A stretch of 64,000 nucleotides of DNA, taken from the NCBI GenBank assembly GCA_951406725.2, contig OX597836.1:14880001-14944000 (forward strand). The letters are read 5' to 3'. How positions within the stretch are numbered: the stretch's first letter is position 1; the number at the start of each line of letters is the position of its first letter. The stretch is from Octopus vulgaris. Taxonomy: Eukaryota. The translations under genes were made by a program, and so were the position numbers. The notes under the pieces were generated by a model. That model saw only the letters and a list, made by a program, of their open reading frames with translations, was not told the DNA's origin and ran no database searches. Positions 14,159 through 28,080 of the stretch are shown here, piece by piece.

Positions 14159-14530
14159 CATATACATACACATATATACATACATATACATACACATATA
14201 TACATACATATACGTAGGAGTGACTGTGTAGCAAGTAGCTTGCTTACCAACCACATGGTTCTGGGTTCAAAATAACACTTCGTTTCTCAATAGATTTTCT
14301 GATATAAACTTTTCTTGCAAACATAACTCTTCTTGCTCATTTGCTTATTATGTAAAATAATTATATTTACTATAAAATCACTAATTTATTATAACCTCAG
14401 GGTGACCAAAGCCTTGTGAGTAGATTTGGTAAATGGAAACTGAAAGAAACCCATTGTATATGTATATGTGTATGTGTGTGTGCGTGCGTATTTGTGTATG
14501 TATGTATGTAAATATATATATATATGTATG

Positions 14531-14611
<81 letters not shown>

Positions 14612-15178
14612 GTTTACCAATTCGTGTTGCAAGATTCCTGATGTGAAGTCGTGTGCACTATATATTTGTTCTTCACTCGTTTATTACTTTTTTTTTTTTT
14701 AACTCATGGCCATTGTCTGAAAATTTTTCGACACACATCTGTGACCTCTTCAGCGACACTTCTCGTTTTCGTGTGTGCTCTTGCTCCAATTATTCCATTC
14801 TGTTCTTCTAAGACGTGTACCCTTATGTGCGCATGCGTTTACGTCCTTGTTTGTGTTTGTGCGTGCGTATGTGTGGAGCATGTGTGTGTATATGTGTGTG
14901 TTGATGACATCCACCACCACACCACACCATATGAATTAAATAGAAGAAAAGAGAAGAGAGAGGAAAAAATATATAGTAAATATATTCACATACACATACA
15001 GGGTAATACACACACAATAGACATATATGCACTTACCTGTAATGAATATAAGAAATAGAGATAAATATATAAAAATAAAAATGAAAATAATAATAATAAT
15101 AAATAAATATATAAATAAATAAATATATTTGTCACATACCTGTGATATACATATAAGAAATAGCGATAGATAAAATGT

Positions 15179-15564
15179 GGAGGCGCAATGGCCCAGTGGT
15201 TAGGGCAGCGGACTCGCGGTCATAGGATCGCGGTTGCGAATCCCAGACCGGGCGTTGTGAGTGTTTATTGAGCGAAAACACATAAAAGCTCCACGAGGCT
15301 CCGGCGGGAGATGGTGGTGATCCCTGCTGTACTCTTTCACCACAACTTTCTCTCACTCTTACTTCCTGTTTCTGTTGTACCTGTATTTCAAAGGGCCGGC
15401 CTTGTCACTCTCTGTGTCACGCTGAATATCCCCGAGAACTACGTTAGGGGTGCACGTGTCTGTGGAGTGCTCAGCCACTTACACGTTAATTTCACGAGCA
15501 GGCTGTTCCGTTGATTCGGATCAACCGGAACCCTCATCGTCGTAACCGACGGAGTGTGCTTCCC
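15179..15564 (+). mobile_element. SINE family B, full length
   Basis: tRNA-like head ggaggcgcaatggcccagtggttaggg; 11-bp TSD AGATAAAATGT. Confidence 0.9.
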
Positions 15565-16042
15565 AGATAAAATGTATTAAATAAATAAATACATATAATG
15601 GGCATGGATACAAACATCATACGAAGCGAACCCATACACACACAAACAAACACACAAGAAATTTCACGGACGGCCACAACAATATCAATAACACGAATAA
15701 CAACGACAGCAGCAACGGCTGTGACAACAATGGCAATAACAGCAACTACCACGATGACAACACCGTGGGCGAAAACACGAACACAGAGAGATACAGGAAC
15801 TGTGCCAAACGTTCGGGTCTTAGGACAGCAGCAGCGACAAAGGGGTGAAATGTTGGGGCTGAAGAGAAGGCCATACTGCTGCTAGGAGCAGTGATACACA
15901 CACACTAGCATACACATACACACACGTGCACGCACTCACACACACACACACACACGGACGCAAATGCAAGAGCACATAAGGGTATACATCTTAGAAGAAC
16001 AGAATGGAGTAAGTGGAGAAATAGCACACACGAAAACGAAAA

Positions 16043-16088
16043 GTGCCGCTGAAGAGGTCACAGATGTGTGACGAAAAGTTTCTGGACA
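16043..16088 (+). ncRNA. Hammerhead ribozyme-like motif (family H2)
   Basis: CTGAAGA at 16049-16055, extra G, 6-bp stem II GTCACA-gatg-TGTGAC, GAAA, short stem III, TC. Homologous minus-strand copies near 14710-14760 and 22225-22270. Confidence 0.55.
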
Positions 16089-16394
16089 ATGGACATGAGT
16101 TAAAATAAAAGAAATAAGAAAAGTAATAAACGAGTGAAGAGCAAATATATAGTGCGTGTGTTTATTTGGCCCCAAAAAACAAAATGAAAACAAAATGACC
16201 ATCCCGAAATACAACAATATATGTGTGTGTTTATGTGTGTTATATGCATGTATGTATGTATGTATGTATGTATGTATGTATGTATGTATGTATGTATATA
16301 TATTCATATACATATATGCATGTATGTATATATGTATCTATGTATGCATGTATATATGTACGTATGTATGTATATATATATGAATGTATGTATG

Positions 16395-16436
<42 letters not shown>

Positions 16437-16508
16437 TATACATATATGTATGTATGTATATATGTATGTATGCATGTATGTATGTATGCATGTATGTATG
16501 TACGTATG

Positions 16509-16550
<42 letters not shown>

Positions 16551-16555
16551 TATAC

Positions 16556-16586
<31 letters not shown>

Positions 16587-16702
16587 CATGTATGTATGTA
16601 TGCATGTATGTATGTACGTATGTATGTATATATATATATATATATATGCATATACATATATGTATGTATGTATTCATGTATGTATGTATGCATGTATGTA
16701 TG

Positions 16703-16740
<38 letters not shown>

Positions 16741-16948
16741 TATATATATATATACATATACATATATGTATGTATTTATGCATGTATATACCAGAGTAAG
16801 CACATAAATGCGAAACAAAGTGGGAAAAAATAGTACTCGAATACTGGAGCTAAAGTTGCAGGCTTTATTACTTTAAAGCTGCAAAAACATCACAAAAAAT
16901 CTGCTACTCAGAGTTTCACACTCCCGTTCGTCGGACAGTTGTGATCAC

Positions 16949-16990
16949 AGCTGCCCGACGAACGGGAACGTGAAACTCAGAGTAGCAGTT
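16949..16990 (+). ncRNA. Minimal type I hammerhead ribozyme-like motif (U4C core variant), with an inverted copy at 16901-16940
   Basis: Stem I AGCTGC/GCAGTT, core CCGACGA, stem II ACG-ggaa-CGT, GAAA, stem III CTC-a-GAG, GUA cleavage triplet. Confidence 0.6.
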
Positions 16991-17078
16991 TTTTTCGTGA
17001 TTTTTGCAGCTTTGATAATAAAGTGCATATATAACTTTGATATACACACACAGACACACACATACATATGTATGTGTA

Positions 17079-17420
17079 TCTCTATATATATAAACGGCAA
17101 AATGTCTGTCTGTGTGTGTGTATCCTTTATACAAATCCACAATTTTTCAGTTAGAGGGCTCGTACTTTCTATGGTCATTCAAAACCGTCCAAGGGTGGTC
17201 GTGCACATATTTACATTTCCCCAGTCACCCCGCAAAGCCATTAAAAAATTAATAGAAGTGACCTTTTTGTGAAGTTTCTATCCAAAACCCAATCAAAATG
17301 TCCGAAACTTGATACGCCAATTGAATGCCAGCTAGCTGTATGTGATTGGTCGGAGATTTGGACAGTACTCGCGTGTATGTGCACACGCACGCAGCTGTAT
17401 ATGCATGCACCAGCACTAGT
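17079..17420 (+). mobile_element. Probable Helitron 5' portion (different family)
   Basis: A|TCTCTATATATATAAA...gtctgtctgt start typical of non-autonomous Helitrons; 3' end uncertain. Confidence 0.45.
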
Positions 17421-17522
17421 GCTAGTATATATATATATGTAATTGTTGTGTGTGCTTTTGCGTGAATATATACGTGTGTGTATGTGTGAGTGTGTGCATG
17501 TCTGTAGACAAATATGAATAAA

Positions 17523-17830
<308 letters not shown>

Positions 17831-18078
17831 ACATTAAACTGCGTCCAGTGATGATTTTTTTCCCTAGAAAGCAGCCCTTACGGAAGAAAACTACTCTGAA
17901 CTGAAAGTTCGCAGTGGAAATAGTACGAGTCGTGTTGCAATACTTGTCACCGGAGCCTAATATGGCGACTGAGAGTGTGGCCAAAAGTGTTGTATAAACT
18001 TTTGTTACTTAAAGCCAGGGACGTACAGCTGTCTCTCTATCATTTCATTTCTTGATCTGTTTTGTATTCTATAAAGCA

Positions 18079-18475
18079 CTAGCAGTATCGCCCGGCGTTG
18101 CTCGGGTTTGTAAGGGAAATAACTATATAAGCATTTTTAGAGAGTTATAGCCAAAAAATAGCAAAAAAATGCATTAAAAATGGAAAAAAATGATGGTAAA
18201 TTTTTTTAAATCGTTGACTCATCGTAGACATTTTTAGAGAGTTACTTTCCTTATATAATAGCGAAAAAAATGCATTAAAATGGAAAAAAAATGATGGTAA
18301 ATTATTTTTAAAATCGTAGACTCATCGTAGACGCGCGCTAATACTCAGAAGGGCTCGATATGAACCACGACTATAAGATACCCGCTTTTGGTTAAACTGC
18401 ACCGCAAAATGTGGGAGTAGTTAGGAATCTAAATCGTAGGAAACAGACACACGACTTGACTTTTATATATAAAGA
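18079..18475 (-). mobile_element. Non-autonomous Helitron Hel-1
   Basis: Reverse copy of 7024-7419 with TC...CTAG ends and an internal duplication. Confidence 0.85.
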
Positions 18476-18639
18476 TTATGGCGATGGAGTCGTACTGAGA
18501 AAGTCATCTGCGCACATGTAAGGATGAAAATAAATGGGAGCAATCAGGTTTAATGTGAGATGGGTACCATCTGAAGAATGAGGCAATCATCTTCATCATA
18601 GATAGATAGAGATAGAGAGAGAGACAGACTTACAGAGAC

Positions 18640-18694
<55 letters not shown>

Positions 18695-18719
18695 CATACA
18701 TACATATATATATATATAT

Positions 18720-19310
<591 letters not shown>

Positions 19311-19570
19311 ATGTATATATATACTTTATTTAAAAGAAGCAGAAATATAACAAATATTTTAATTTAAGGGAAACAAAACTACTTATTTCAAAAACCGATA
19401 AATTTTTATAGAATTTGGAACGCATATTCTTACAAACATATTGCTCAATGCTATTCAATGAAACTGCCATCAGTCTTTGTTACTGAATCCAAAAGGATTC
19501 TGAAAGTCTCTTATTGTACACACACACACAGACACAGACACATTATACAACCAAAATTAAAATATATATA

Positions 19571-20003
19571 GGCGTAGGAGTGGCTGTGTGGTAAGTAGCT
19601 TGCTTGTCAACCACATGATTCCGGGTTCAGTCTCACTGCGTGACACCTTGGGCAAGTGTCCTCTAATATAGCCACGGGCCGACCAAAGCCTTGTGAGTGG
19701 ATTTGGTAGACGGAAACTGAAAGAAGCCCGTCGTATATATGTATATATATATATCTATATATCTGTGTATGTGTTTGTGTATTTGTCTGTGTGTCTGTGT
19801 TTGTCCTCCCAACGTCGCTTGACAACCGATGCTGGTGTGTTTACGTCCCCGTAACTTAGCGGTTCGGCAAAAGAGACCGATAGAATAAGTACTACGCCTA
19901 CAAAGAATAAGTCCTGGAGTCGATTTCCTCGACCTAAGGCGGTGCTCCAGCATGGCCGCAGTCAAATGACTGAAACAAGTAAAAGAGTAAAAGAGAGTAA
20001 AGA
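19571..20003 (+). mobile_element. SINE family A, full length
   Basis: Same structure as 18720-19147, in the opposite orientation. Confidence 0.9.
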
Positions 20004-20922
20004 GTATCTGTCGTCTGTGTATTGAATGTGAAGTTATGCGGTTTGAGAGTGATATAGAATTTTGTATAGTTGTCTGAACTCGAGTTGTGATTTGGAAATG
20101 GAGATATAAAGATGTTATGTGAAGTCTCTTCAAATACATATACCAAAATCATACACAACCGTGGGTAAAGCATTTATCTTATGTATGTTCAATGTGATGT
20201 TACGATACAATTTTAAATCCTTTCTATAGAAATGACGTACATGACACTGAAATTAAAGTGTTTGTTTTATGCGTATTGAATGTAATGTAAGTTAAATCTT
20301 GAAGTCTCTTCAAATACATACTGTAACACTATACATAGCCGAAATTAAAGTATTTGTCTTAAATGTGTTGCATGTGATATTAGATACAAGTCTCTTCAAA
20401 CACGTACACACACACATATACCAACACCCTACAAAGCACCGAAATTTAAGTATTTTTCTCTTGTATGTTGAAGGGAAAGTTAGATATTGTTGTGTGTCTC
20501 TTACTGTAGAGCCAGATTTCTGGGTCAATTTAAGTAGGGGTGAAGTACTTTTTTTATACAAGTGTTTGGGGAAATGGTGGGAGTATGTAAATGCGTTGTT
20601 ATTTGCTTATGAAACTGTCGATGTGTTTTGTGACGGTGTGGGAACGTCGTGTAGGTATGGGTCAAAAAGGAAAACAGTGTGTGAGGAAAGGAACATTTGT
20701 GATACTTCATTCGGGAAATTATAATATCTGAAACCGCTATTTGGTTAACCAGCGTTTTGGGCTCTTTCTTAATTGTTCAGCATTCGACTCTTTTGTTTGT
20801 TTGTTTGTTTTTGGCGGAGGCGAGAGATGATACGTGGATATCAGGGAGATAGTGGTTAGATTAGTACGTGGGGTAGATGCTATAGTGTTGTTGAAACCAC
20901 AATGTAAATGTCGTATGTATAA

Positions 20923-21014
<92 letters not shown>

Positions 21015-21329
21015 GTGTGTCTATGTGCATGTATGTGTGCGTGTGTTTGTTTGTGTATATATGTTCAGTTTGAGAGTGATATGGAATCTTGTGTCGTGGT
21101 CTGAACCCGCGTTGTGATTTGGAAATGGAGATATAAAAATGTATGAATCCAAGATGTCAATGATTAATTAGTTTTTAGGGGGGTTTTTTTAGGGATCTTC
21201 ATACGACAATGAAGCATCAGTGTGATGTTATCTCACTTGAGTTTTTGTTATGCTTTAGAATTGTCATGAGCGTTTTCTCAGTTTACAGATTTTGGGAACT
21301 TGACAGAATTGGTACAAATAGCTGTAGAT

Positions 21330-21720
21330 GTTGTAAGGGCAAGAGTTCCTTCAGGCTCTAAGCGTTGTGAGAGCATGACTTACTTCAGGCCCTAAATACT
21401 GTGATGGTATTGTGATGATAGGAATACCTTCAAACCCTAGATGTTATGAAGACAGGAGTTCCTTTAGGTCCGAAATGTTGTGAGGCCAGGTGTTCCATCA
21501 AGCCCTAAATGCTGTAAGGTCAGGACACCCTTCAGGCCCAAAATGTATGGCCCTAGATATTGTGAGGGCAGGACTTCCTTCACACACTAAACGTTTTGAG
21601 GGAAGAAGTTCCTTCAGGCCCTAACTGTTGCAAGGACAAGACTTCCTTCATACCCTATATTGACAGGCCCTATATTCAGGCTCTAGATGTTGTGAGAGCA
21701 GGACTTCTTTCAGGCTCTCA
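21330..21720. repeat. Degenerate minisatellite (unit resembling gccctagatgttgtgagggcaggacttccttcag)
   Basis: About 10 diverged tandem copies. Confidence 0.7.
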
Positions 21721-21764
21721 ATATTGGAGAGGGATAAGGCACGCACACACACACACACACACAC

Positions 21765-21810
<46 letters not shown>

Positions 21811-21812
<2 letters not shown>

Positions 21813-21974
21813 CGCAGGAGTAGCTGTGTGGTAAGTAGCTAGCTCAATAACCACATGGTTCCGGGTTCAGTCCCACTGCGTAGTACCTTGGTAAGTGTCT
21901 TCTACTATAGCCTCGGGCCGACCAAAGCCTTGTGAGTGGATTTGGTAGACGGAAACTGAAAGAAGCCTGTCGTA

Positions 21975-22013
<39 letters not shown>

Positions 22014-22530
22014 CTGAGGCTATAGTAGCAGACACCTGTCCAAGGTCCCACGCAGTGGGACTGAACCCGGAATTATTTGGTTGGGAAGCAAGCTTCTTAC
22101 TATACAGCCACTCCTTCGAGGGATGGTCCTCTTCTTTTTTTTTTTTGCAAATAAAACTCATGCATTATATATTCGTTCTTCTCTTCAGATCTATTTTATT
22201 CTTGTTCTCGCTTTATGACCCATGTGTGGAAATTCTTCGTCACACATCCTGTAAAATCTTCAGCCACTCGCCAGCCCACTTGGCGCCTCCTGTCCCGTTT
22301 AGTCCTGTCTTTCTATAGGTACTTGACACATGGAAGCCTTGTAAATGTATTTGGTAGACGGAAACTGAAAGAAGCTCGTCGTATATATATATGTAGGGGG
22401 GAGTGGTGGGTGTCTGTGTACGTATGTCTTTGTATTTGTGTTTGTCAACCACAGCAGCTTGACAACCGCTGTAGGCGTAACCTAGCGGTTCAGCATAAGT
22501 GGTCGATACAATAAGTACTAGATTTTAAAA
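21811..22530. mobile_element. Cluster of SINE family A fragments plus a degenerate H2 repeat
   Basis: 21811-21972 (+), 22015-22115 (-), about 22336-22530 (+). Confidence 0.7.
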
Positions 22531-23210
22531 AGTAAGCCGGAATAATGTCTTTGCTACTTGACCTTTCTAACCTCTTCTAAGCCACCAAAAGCTAGAATAG
22601 AGACAACAAACCTCCAACGAAATCCATTGTTCTCAACAATATGTCAATCCTTCTGGATGGTTTTGGATAGTTATAAAAACAAGAACCCTGTAAGCCAAAT
22701 TCAGTTAGTGAGAACCGAGTCTGGCTGACCGGCTGAACAAAACGCTGTCTCTGAAGGAAAAGGCACAAAGGGACAACTATGGTAACTTATCAACGAAGCA
22801 GTTGTTTCGTCCCACCAATTACTTTCACTAAGTCCATTTTTATTCTCTGTAATATTACCATATCTCTCTACATATACCTCTATGAGAACGTGTACACACA
22901 TACCGGCCGAAATTAACTCTTATTACCTCGCATGCTTTTCTATTTGCTAATTATACAAACCAAACCGTCGTGACTTTGGATATATACAAAGTAACGGTAA
23001 ATAAATACTTCTTTACAACTTCGATCACTGTTCATCTTCTATGTTGCACACTTGTAACCAAGACCTTAACAAAAACCGTTACAATTAGTGACCTTCGACT
23101 GCAACGAAGAACTAACTGTTACATATATATATATATATATATATTACATTCATATAAGAGGCATGACCACTAAGTGGACATCCAATATGCTCTGACCACT
23201 AAGAAAAGAT

Positions 23211-23370
<160 letters not shown>

Positions 23371-23676
23371 TAATTTAGAGATAAAACCACTATTAGGCAA
23401 ATCAAACAGTGAAAATCATAAGCCAATACATAGAAATAAAATTAATTAAAAAATATTAAAAAATATAGAATATAAAATATAAAAATTCAATCAAAATATT
23501 TAGATTAAAGTTAAAATTTTAAAAAATTATTTAAATTAATAAATTAAACTTATAAATTTTTAATATATATATATATATATTTTTTTTTTTATTATTATTT
23601 TTTTATTATTTTTTTATTTCATTTATTTTTTTTTAAATTTTTATGTATCAAAAAGTATTATAAGTTTAGTATAATA

Positions 23677-23754
<78 letters not shown>

Positions 23755-24444
23755 CATACACACACACACACACACATATATATATAAATACACACACGCA
23801 CGAACAATTTTTGCCAGATTACAATGTAATAGGTGTGTACTATGAGTATTTAGTATAATTAACCAGTAAAACTTCGGCCTGAACAGCAACTGAAGATTAT
23901 GGTGCCGACATTGCCGATCAAATCGTGTGTCTAGATGTGGGTTTTAATTGAGCTGGTAGATGACATCAAAACAGATAATAAACAAGCCAAACATTTGGCA
24001 ATCATTCTAGAACACTTAACTTATAATACAAATATAGAGCAGAGTAATTATTATAGATGTTTGTAGTCTGTCGGTGTCTGCCGATGGCCAAATTTGTGTT
24101 CTCAGTGATTGGAACGCATGTGACTCCACAACATCGTTGTGACATCTCTTGACTGGACTGAGGCGGATGCTGACCGGTGACATCATCCTCTTCCAAGGCA
24201 GCTGCTGTTCGTGTGGTGAGAGACCGCTACGCTAATTTGTATCAATCATTACTAATTTTTCACGATGTTGTTATAAATTGAGTATTGTAGAATGATGTCA
24301 AGTGTTTAGCTTGCTTAATATCTGTTTTAATGTGAGTGCGCATTTTGTTTTTTGGTAATACGTCCTGTACTTATCGCTCATATGTCTATGTAATTTTCAC
24401 TCGTTGGTGATGTGCTGTTCTTGATGTATCATATATATATATAT

Positions 24445-25253
24445 GGATCTTTTCGGTTTGAACGGCAGTTTTTTAAAATAATTTCCACAGGAGTGGCTGT
24501 GTGGTAAGTAGCTTGCTTCCCAACCACATGGTTCCGGGTTCAGTCCCACTGCGTGGCACCTTGAGCAAGTCTCTTCTACTATATAGCCCCGGGCCGACCA
24601 AAGCCTTGTGAGCGGATTTGGTAGACGGAAACTGAAAGAAGCCCGTCGTATATATGCGTGTGTGTGTTTGTGTGTCTGTGTTTGTCCCCCTAGCATTGCT
24701 TGACAACCGATGCTGGTGTGTTTATGTCCCCGTCACTTAGCGGTTCGGCAAAAGAGACTGATAGAATAAGTACTGGGCTTACAAAAGAATAAGTCCCGGG
24801 GTCGAGTTGCTCGATTAAAGGCGGTGCTCCAGCATGGCCGCAGTCAAATGACTGAAACAAGTAAAAGAGTAAAAGAGTAAAAGAGTAACTAAACACTTTT
24901 AAACTTCCTATACTGGTAGAATGTGTTTATAAAACATCTTTTTCTCTTGGCTTTATTGAGAAAATTCTATAGTTTGTAAAATATTTGTTGTTGTTTTTTT
25001 CTTCAAATTCTGCAATTTCAACCAATCAATGACGTCCATTGAGGTAAAAAAAAAACATTCTGTGCCGTATGAATATGTCCCTTGGGTTTATTTACATTTC
25101 TGAAGAAAAAAAGATACCCTTCCCCCTCCCCTAACCCTAAACCTAACCCTAAAACAGATTGAAATGCAATAGATCGATACTGGGGTCATAATTATGGGTG
25201 ACAATTTCATATGACACCGCTAGAAAAAACTGCCGTTCAAACCGAAAAGATCC
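24445..25253. mobile_element. MITE with perfect 30-bp TIRs inserted in (AT)n, carrying a nested SINE A (24488-24887)
   Basis: GGATCTTTTCGGTTTGAACGGCAGTTTTTT at 24445-24474 and its exact reverse complement at 25224-25253. Confidence 0.9.
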
Positions 25254-25293
25254 ATATATATGTATGTATGTATGTATGTATGTGTGTATGTAT

Positions 25294-25597
25294 GCGTGGC
25301 TTAGTGGTTAGGGGCATTCGGCTCATGATCGTAAGGTCGTGAGTTCAATTCCCGGCAGTGCGTTGTGTCCTTGAGCAAGACACTTTATTTCACCTTGCTC
25401 TAGTCCACTCAGCTGGCAAAAATGAGTTGCACCTGCATTTCAAAGGGCCAGCCTTGTTACACTCTGTGTCACGCTGAATCTCCCCGAGAACTACGTTAAG
25501 GGTACACGTGTCTGTGGAGTGCTCAGCCATTTGCACGTTAATTTCACGAGCAAGCTGTTCCGTTGATCGCATCAGCTGGGACTCTCGTCGTCGCAAC
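25294..25597 (+). mobile_element. SINE family C
   Basis: tRNA head, central gttgtgtccttgagcaagacac domain, and a 3' tail shared with family B. Confidence 0.85.
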
Positions 25598-25658
25598 ACA
25601 TACGCACATACACACACACATACACACACACACACGCACGCACACGCACATACACACA

Positions 25659-25753
<95 letters not shown>

Positions 25754-25918
25754 ACACACACACACACACACATACACACACACACACACATACACACACA
25801 CACGCGCACACACACACACACATACACACACACACATACACACATACACACACACATACACACACACATACACACACACACACACACATACACACACATA
25901 CACACACACACACACATA

Positions 25919-25976
<58 letters not shown>

Positions 25977-25980
25977 CGTG

Positions 25981-26555
25981 ACGAGCTTCTTTCAGTTTCC
26001 GTCTACCAAATACACTCACGTAGCTTTGGTCGGCCCGAGGTTTAAGTAGAGGGTACTTGCCCAAGGGGGTCACGCTGTGGGACTGAACCCGGAACCATGT
26101 GGTTGGGAAGTAAGCTTCTTACTACGCATCCACACCTACGCCACATACTGAAAGTAGCACAGCAGCAAATAATGCATTTGCTGAGGATATCATACCAACA
26201 GATAACCTGACACCAAGAGAGAGAGGGAGGAAGAAGGAGAGAGAGAGAGATGAGACATGTTACTAATTATTCTAGCAATTATATCAGAATGTTTGAGAGT
26301 ATGTGTGTGCATGTACACATATAAAGTACTCTTCGGAACTATAAAACCGGTGCACTGTCTATTTTTTTTTTCTGGCGCCAGAGTGGCTGTGTGGTAAGTA
26401 GCTTGCTTACCAATCACATGGTTCCGGGTTCAGTCCCGCTGCGTGGCACCTCGGGCAAGTGTTTTCTACTATAGCCTCGGGCCGACCAAAGCCTTGTGAG
26501 TGGATTTGGTAGACGGAAACTGAAAAAAAGCCCGTCGTATATATGTATATGTATA

Positions 26556-26601
<46 letters not shown>

Positions 26602-26819
26602 TGTGTCTGTGTTTGTCCCCCCAACATCGCTTGACAACCGATGCTGGTGTGTTTATGTCCCTCGTAACATAACGGTTCGGCAATAAAAGACCGATAGAAT
26701 AAGTTCTAGGCTTATAAAGAATAAGTCCTGGGGTCGATTTGCTCGACTAAAGGCGGTGCTCCAGCATGGCCGCAGTCAAATGACTAAAACAAGTAAAAGA
26801 GTAAAGGAGTAAAGAGTAA
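25981..26819. mobile_element. SINE family A copies (25981-26142 -, 26374-26819 +)
   Basis: Match to the family consensus seen elsewhere in the window. Confidence 0.85.
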
Positions 26820-27029
26820 ACTATACTATCGAAATTCATGAAACTCACCTCTAGATAGGAAATGGAATAGAAGAAAGCATTGTAATATTCAAATTTATTG
26901 AAATTTATTGAAATTCAAAAATAAATTAGACAATTATTTAAAAAGTAACATAGAGCCAACCCCCAACCCCTGCTCAGAACTATAAAGCCAGATGGGAATT
27001 GGAATAGAAGAAATAAAAAATTTTAAAAA

Positions 27030-27276
27030 CTGTTCCTTCTCGAGCCATGCTAGGCTCATAAGGGCCGGTTTCCCGGTTTCAGTGGCGTAGAAATTCCCCG
27101 CCTGGACGGGAAGCCGGTCCACCGCAGGATTACTCATTTTGCCAGCTGAGTAGACTGGAGCAACGTGAAATGAAGTGATTTGCTCAAGAACACAGCGTAT
27201 TGCCCAGTCCAGGAATCGAAACCACAACCTTACGATCATGAGTTCAACAGCCTAACCACTAAGTAACGCGCCTCCA
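27030..27276 (-). mobile_element. SINE with family C-like head/centre and a different 3' tail
   Basis: Shares cttgagcaa..cactt.atttcacgttgctccagtc.actcagctggcaaaa; tail unrelated to families B/C. Confidence 0.7.
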
Positions 27277-27308
27277 TGGAATAGAAGAAGGCATTACAAT
27301 ATTCATTA

Positions 27309-27646
27309 CTAGCAGTATCGCCCGGCGTTGCTCGGGTTTGTTTCGGCCCTTTAGAATTGGAATTTTTTAAAATTAAAAATTTTGCATTATGTAGCTTGTT
27401 ACAGGCAAAAACTAGTAAAAAAATAGGGATTCTCATAGAAAAAAAGCACCTTTTTGATGTAAATAATTTTTGGTGTTAACATGGTTCGATTTGAATTTTT
27501 CCTTCTACGGATGGAAGAGCAAGCCTTCTTCTATCATACTCTCAATTTTGGTCAACTTGCGCCGCAGGGTCTCGGAGGAGATAGTGTTAGTTGAAGGCTA
27601 CCAAACTTGCCATACACAGACAACTTCAGCTTTATAGAGAGAGAGA
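27309..27646 (-). mobile_element. Non-autonomous Helitron with the Hel-1 3' end but a different body
   Basis: Same terminal ctagcagtatcgcccggcgttgctcgggtttgt as 18079; 5' TC at 27646. Confidence 0.75.
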
Positions 27647-27843
27647 TTGAAATCCTAAGATAAATTAGATAATTATTTTTTACAAAATTATAGAGTCAGA
27701 AATCCTCTGTTCAAAACTATAATGCCAGGTTGAATAGTGTTGCAAAAATAAGGCAAAGTGGAGAAATTTTGATAGATTTCAATGATATTCTCTGAATTAC
27801 TTTCTGAATTACTTCAAAGACACACGATTTCATCCTCCCGATC

Positions 27844-27924
<81 letters not shown>

Positions 27925-28080
27925 CGTGTGCGTATCTGTGTCTCTTTCCCCAGTACTGCTTGACAACCGGTGTTGGTGGGTTTACATCCCCGTAACTTAG
28001 CGGTTCGGCAAAAGAGCCAGATGGGAAAGGTACAAAGCTGAAAAAGAAAATAAGTGCTAGGGTCAACTCCTTCGACCAAA

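Noticed and set aside
15179-15255. Functional tRNA genes at SINE heads (also 8779, 25294, 59960 and others)
   Set aside because: A/B boxes continue into SINE bodies with tails and TSDs; no complete cloverleaf.
25128-25152. Telomerase RNA template or interstitial telomere
   Set aside because: Only a few imperfect CCCTAA units inside a TIR-bounded MITE; no pseudoknot or H/ACA context recognised.
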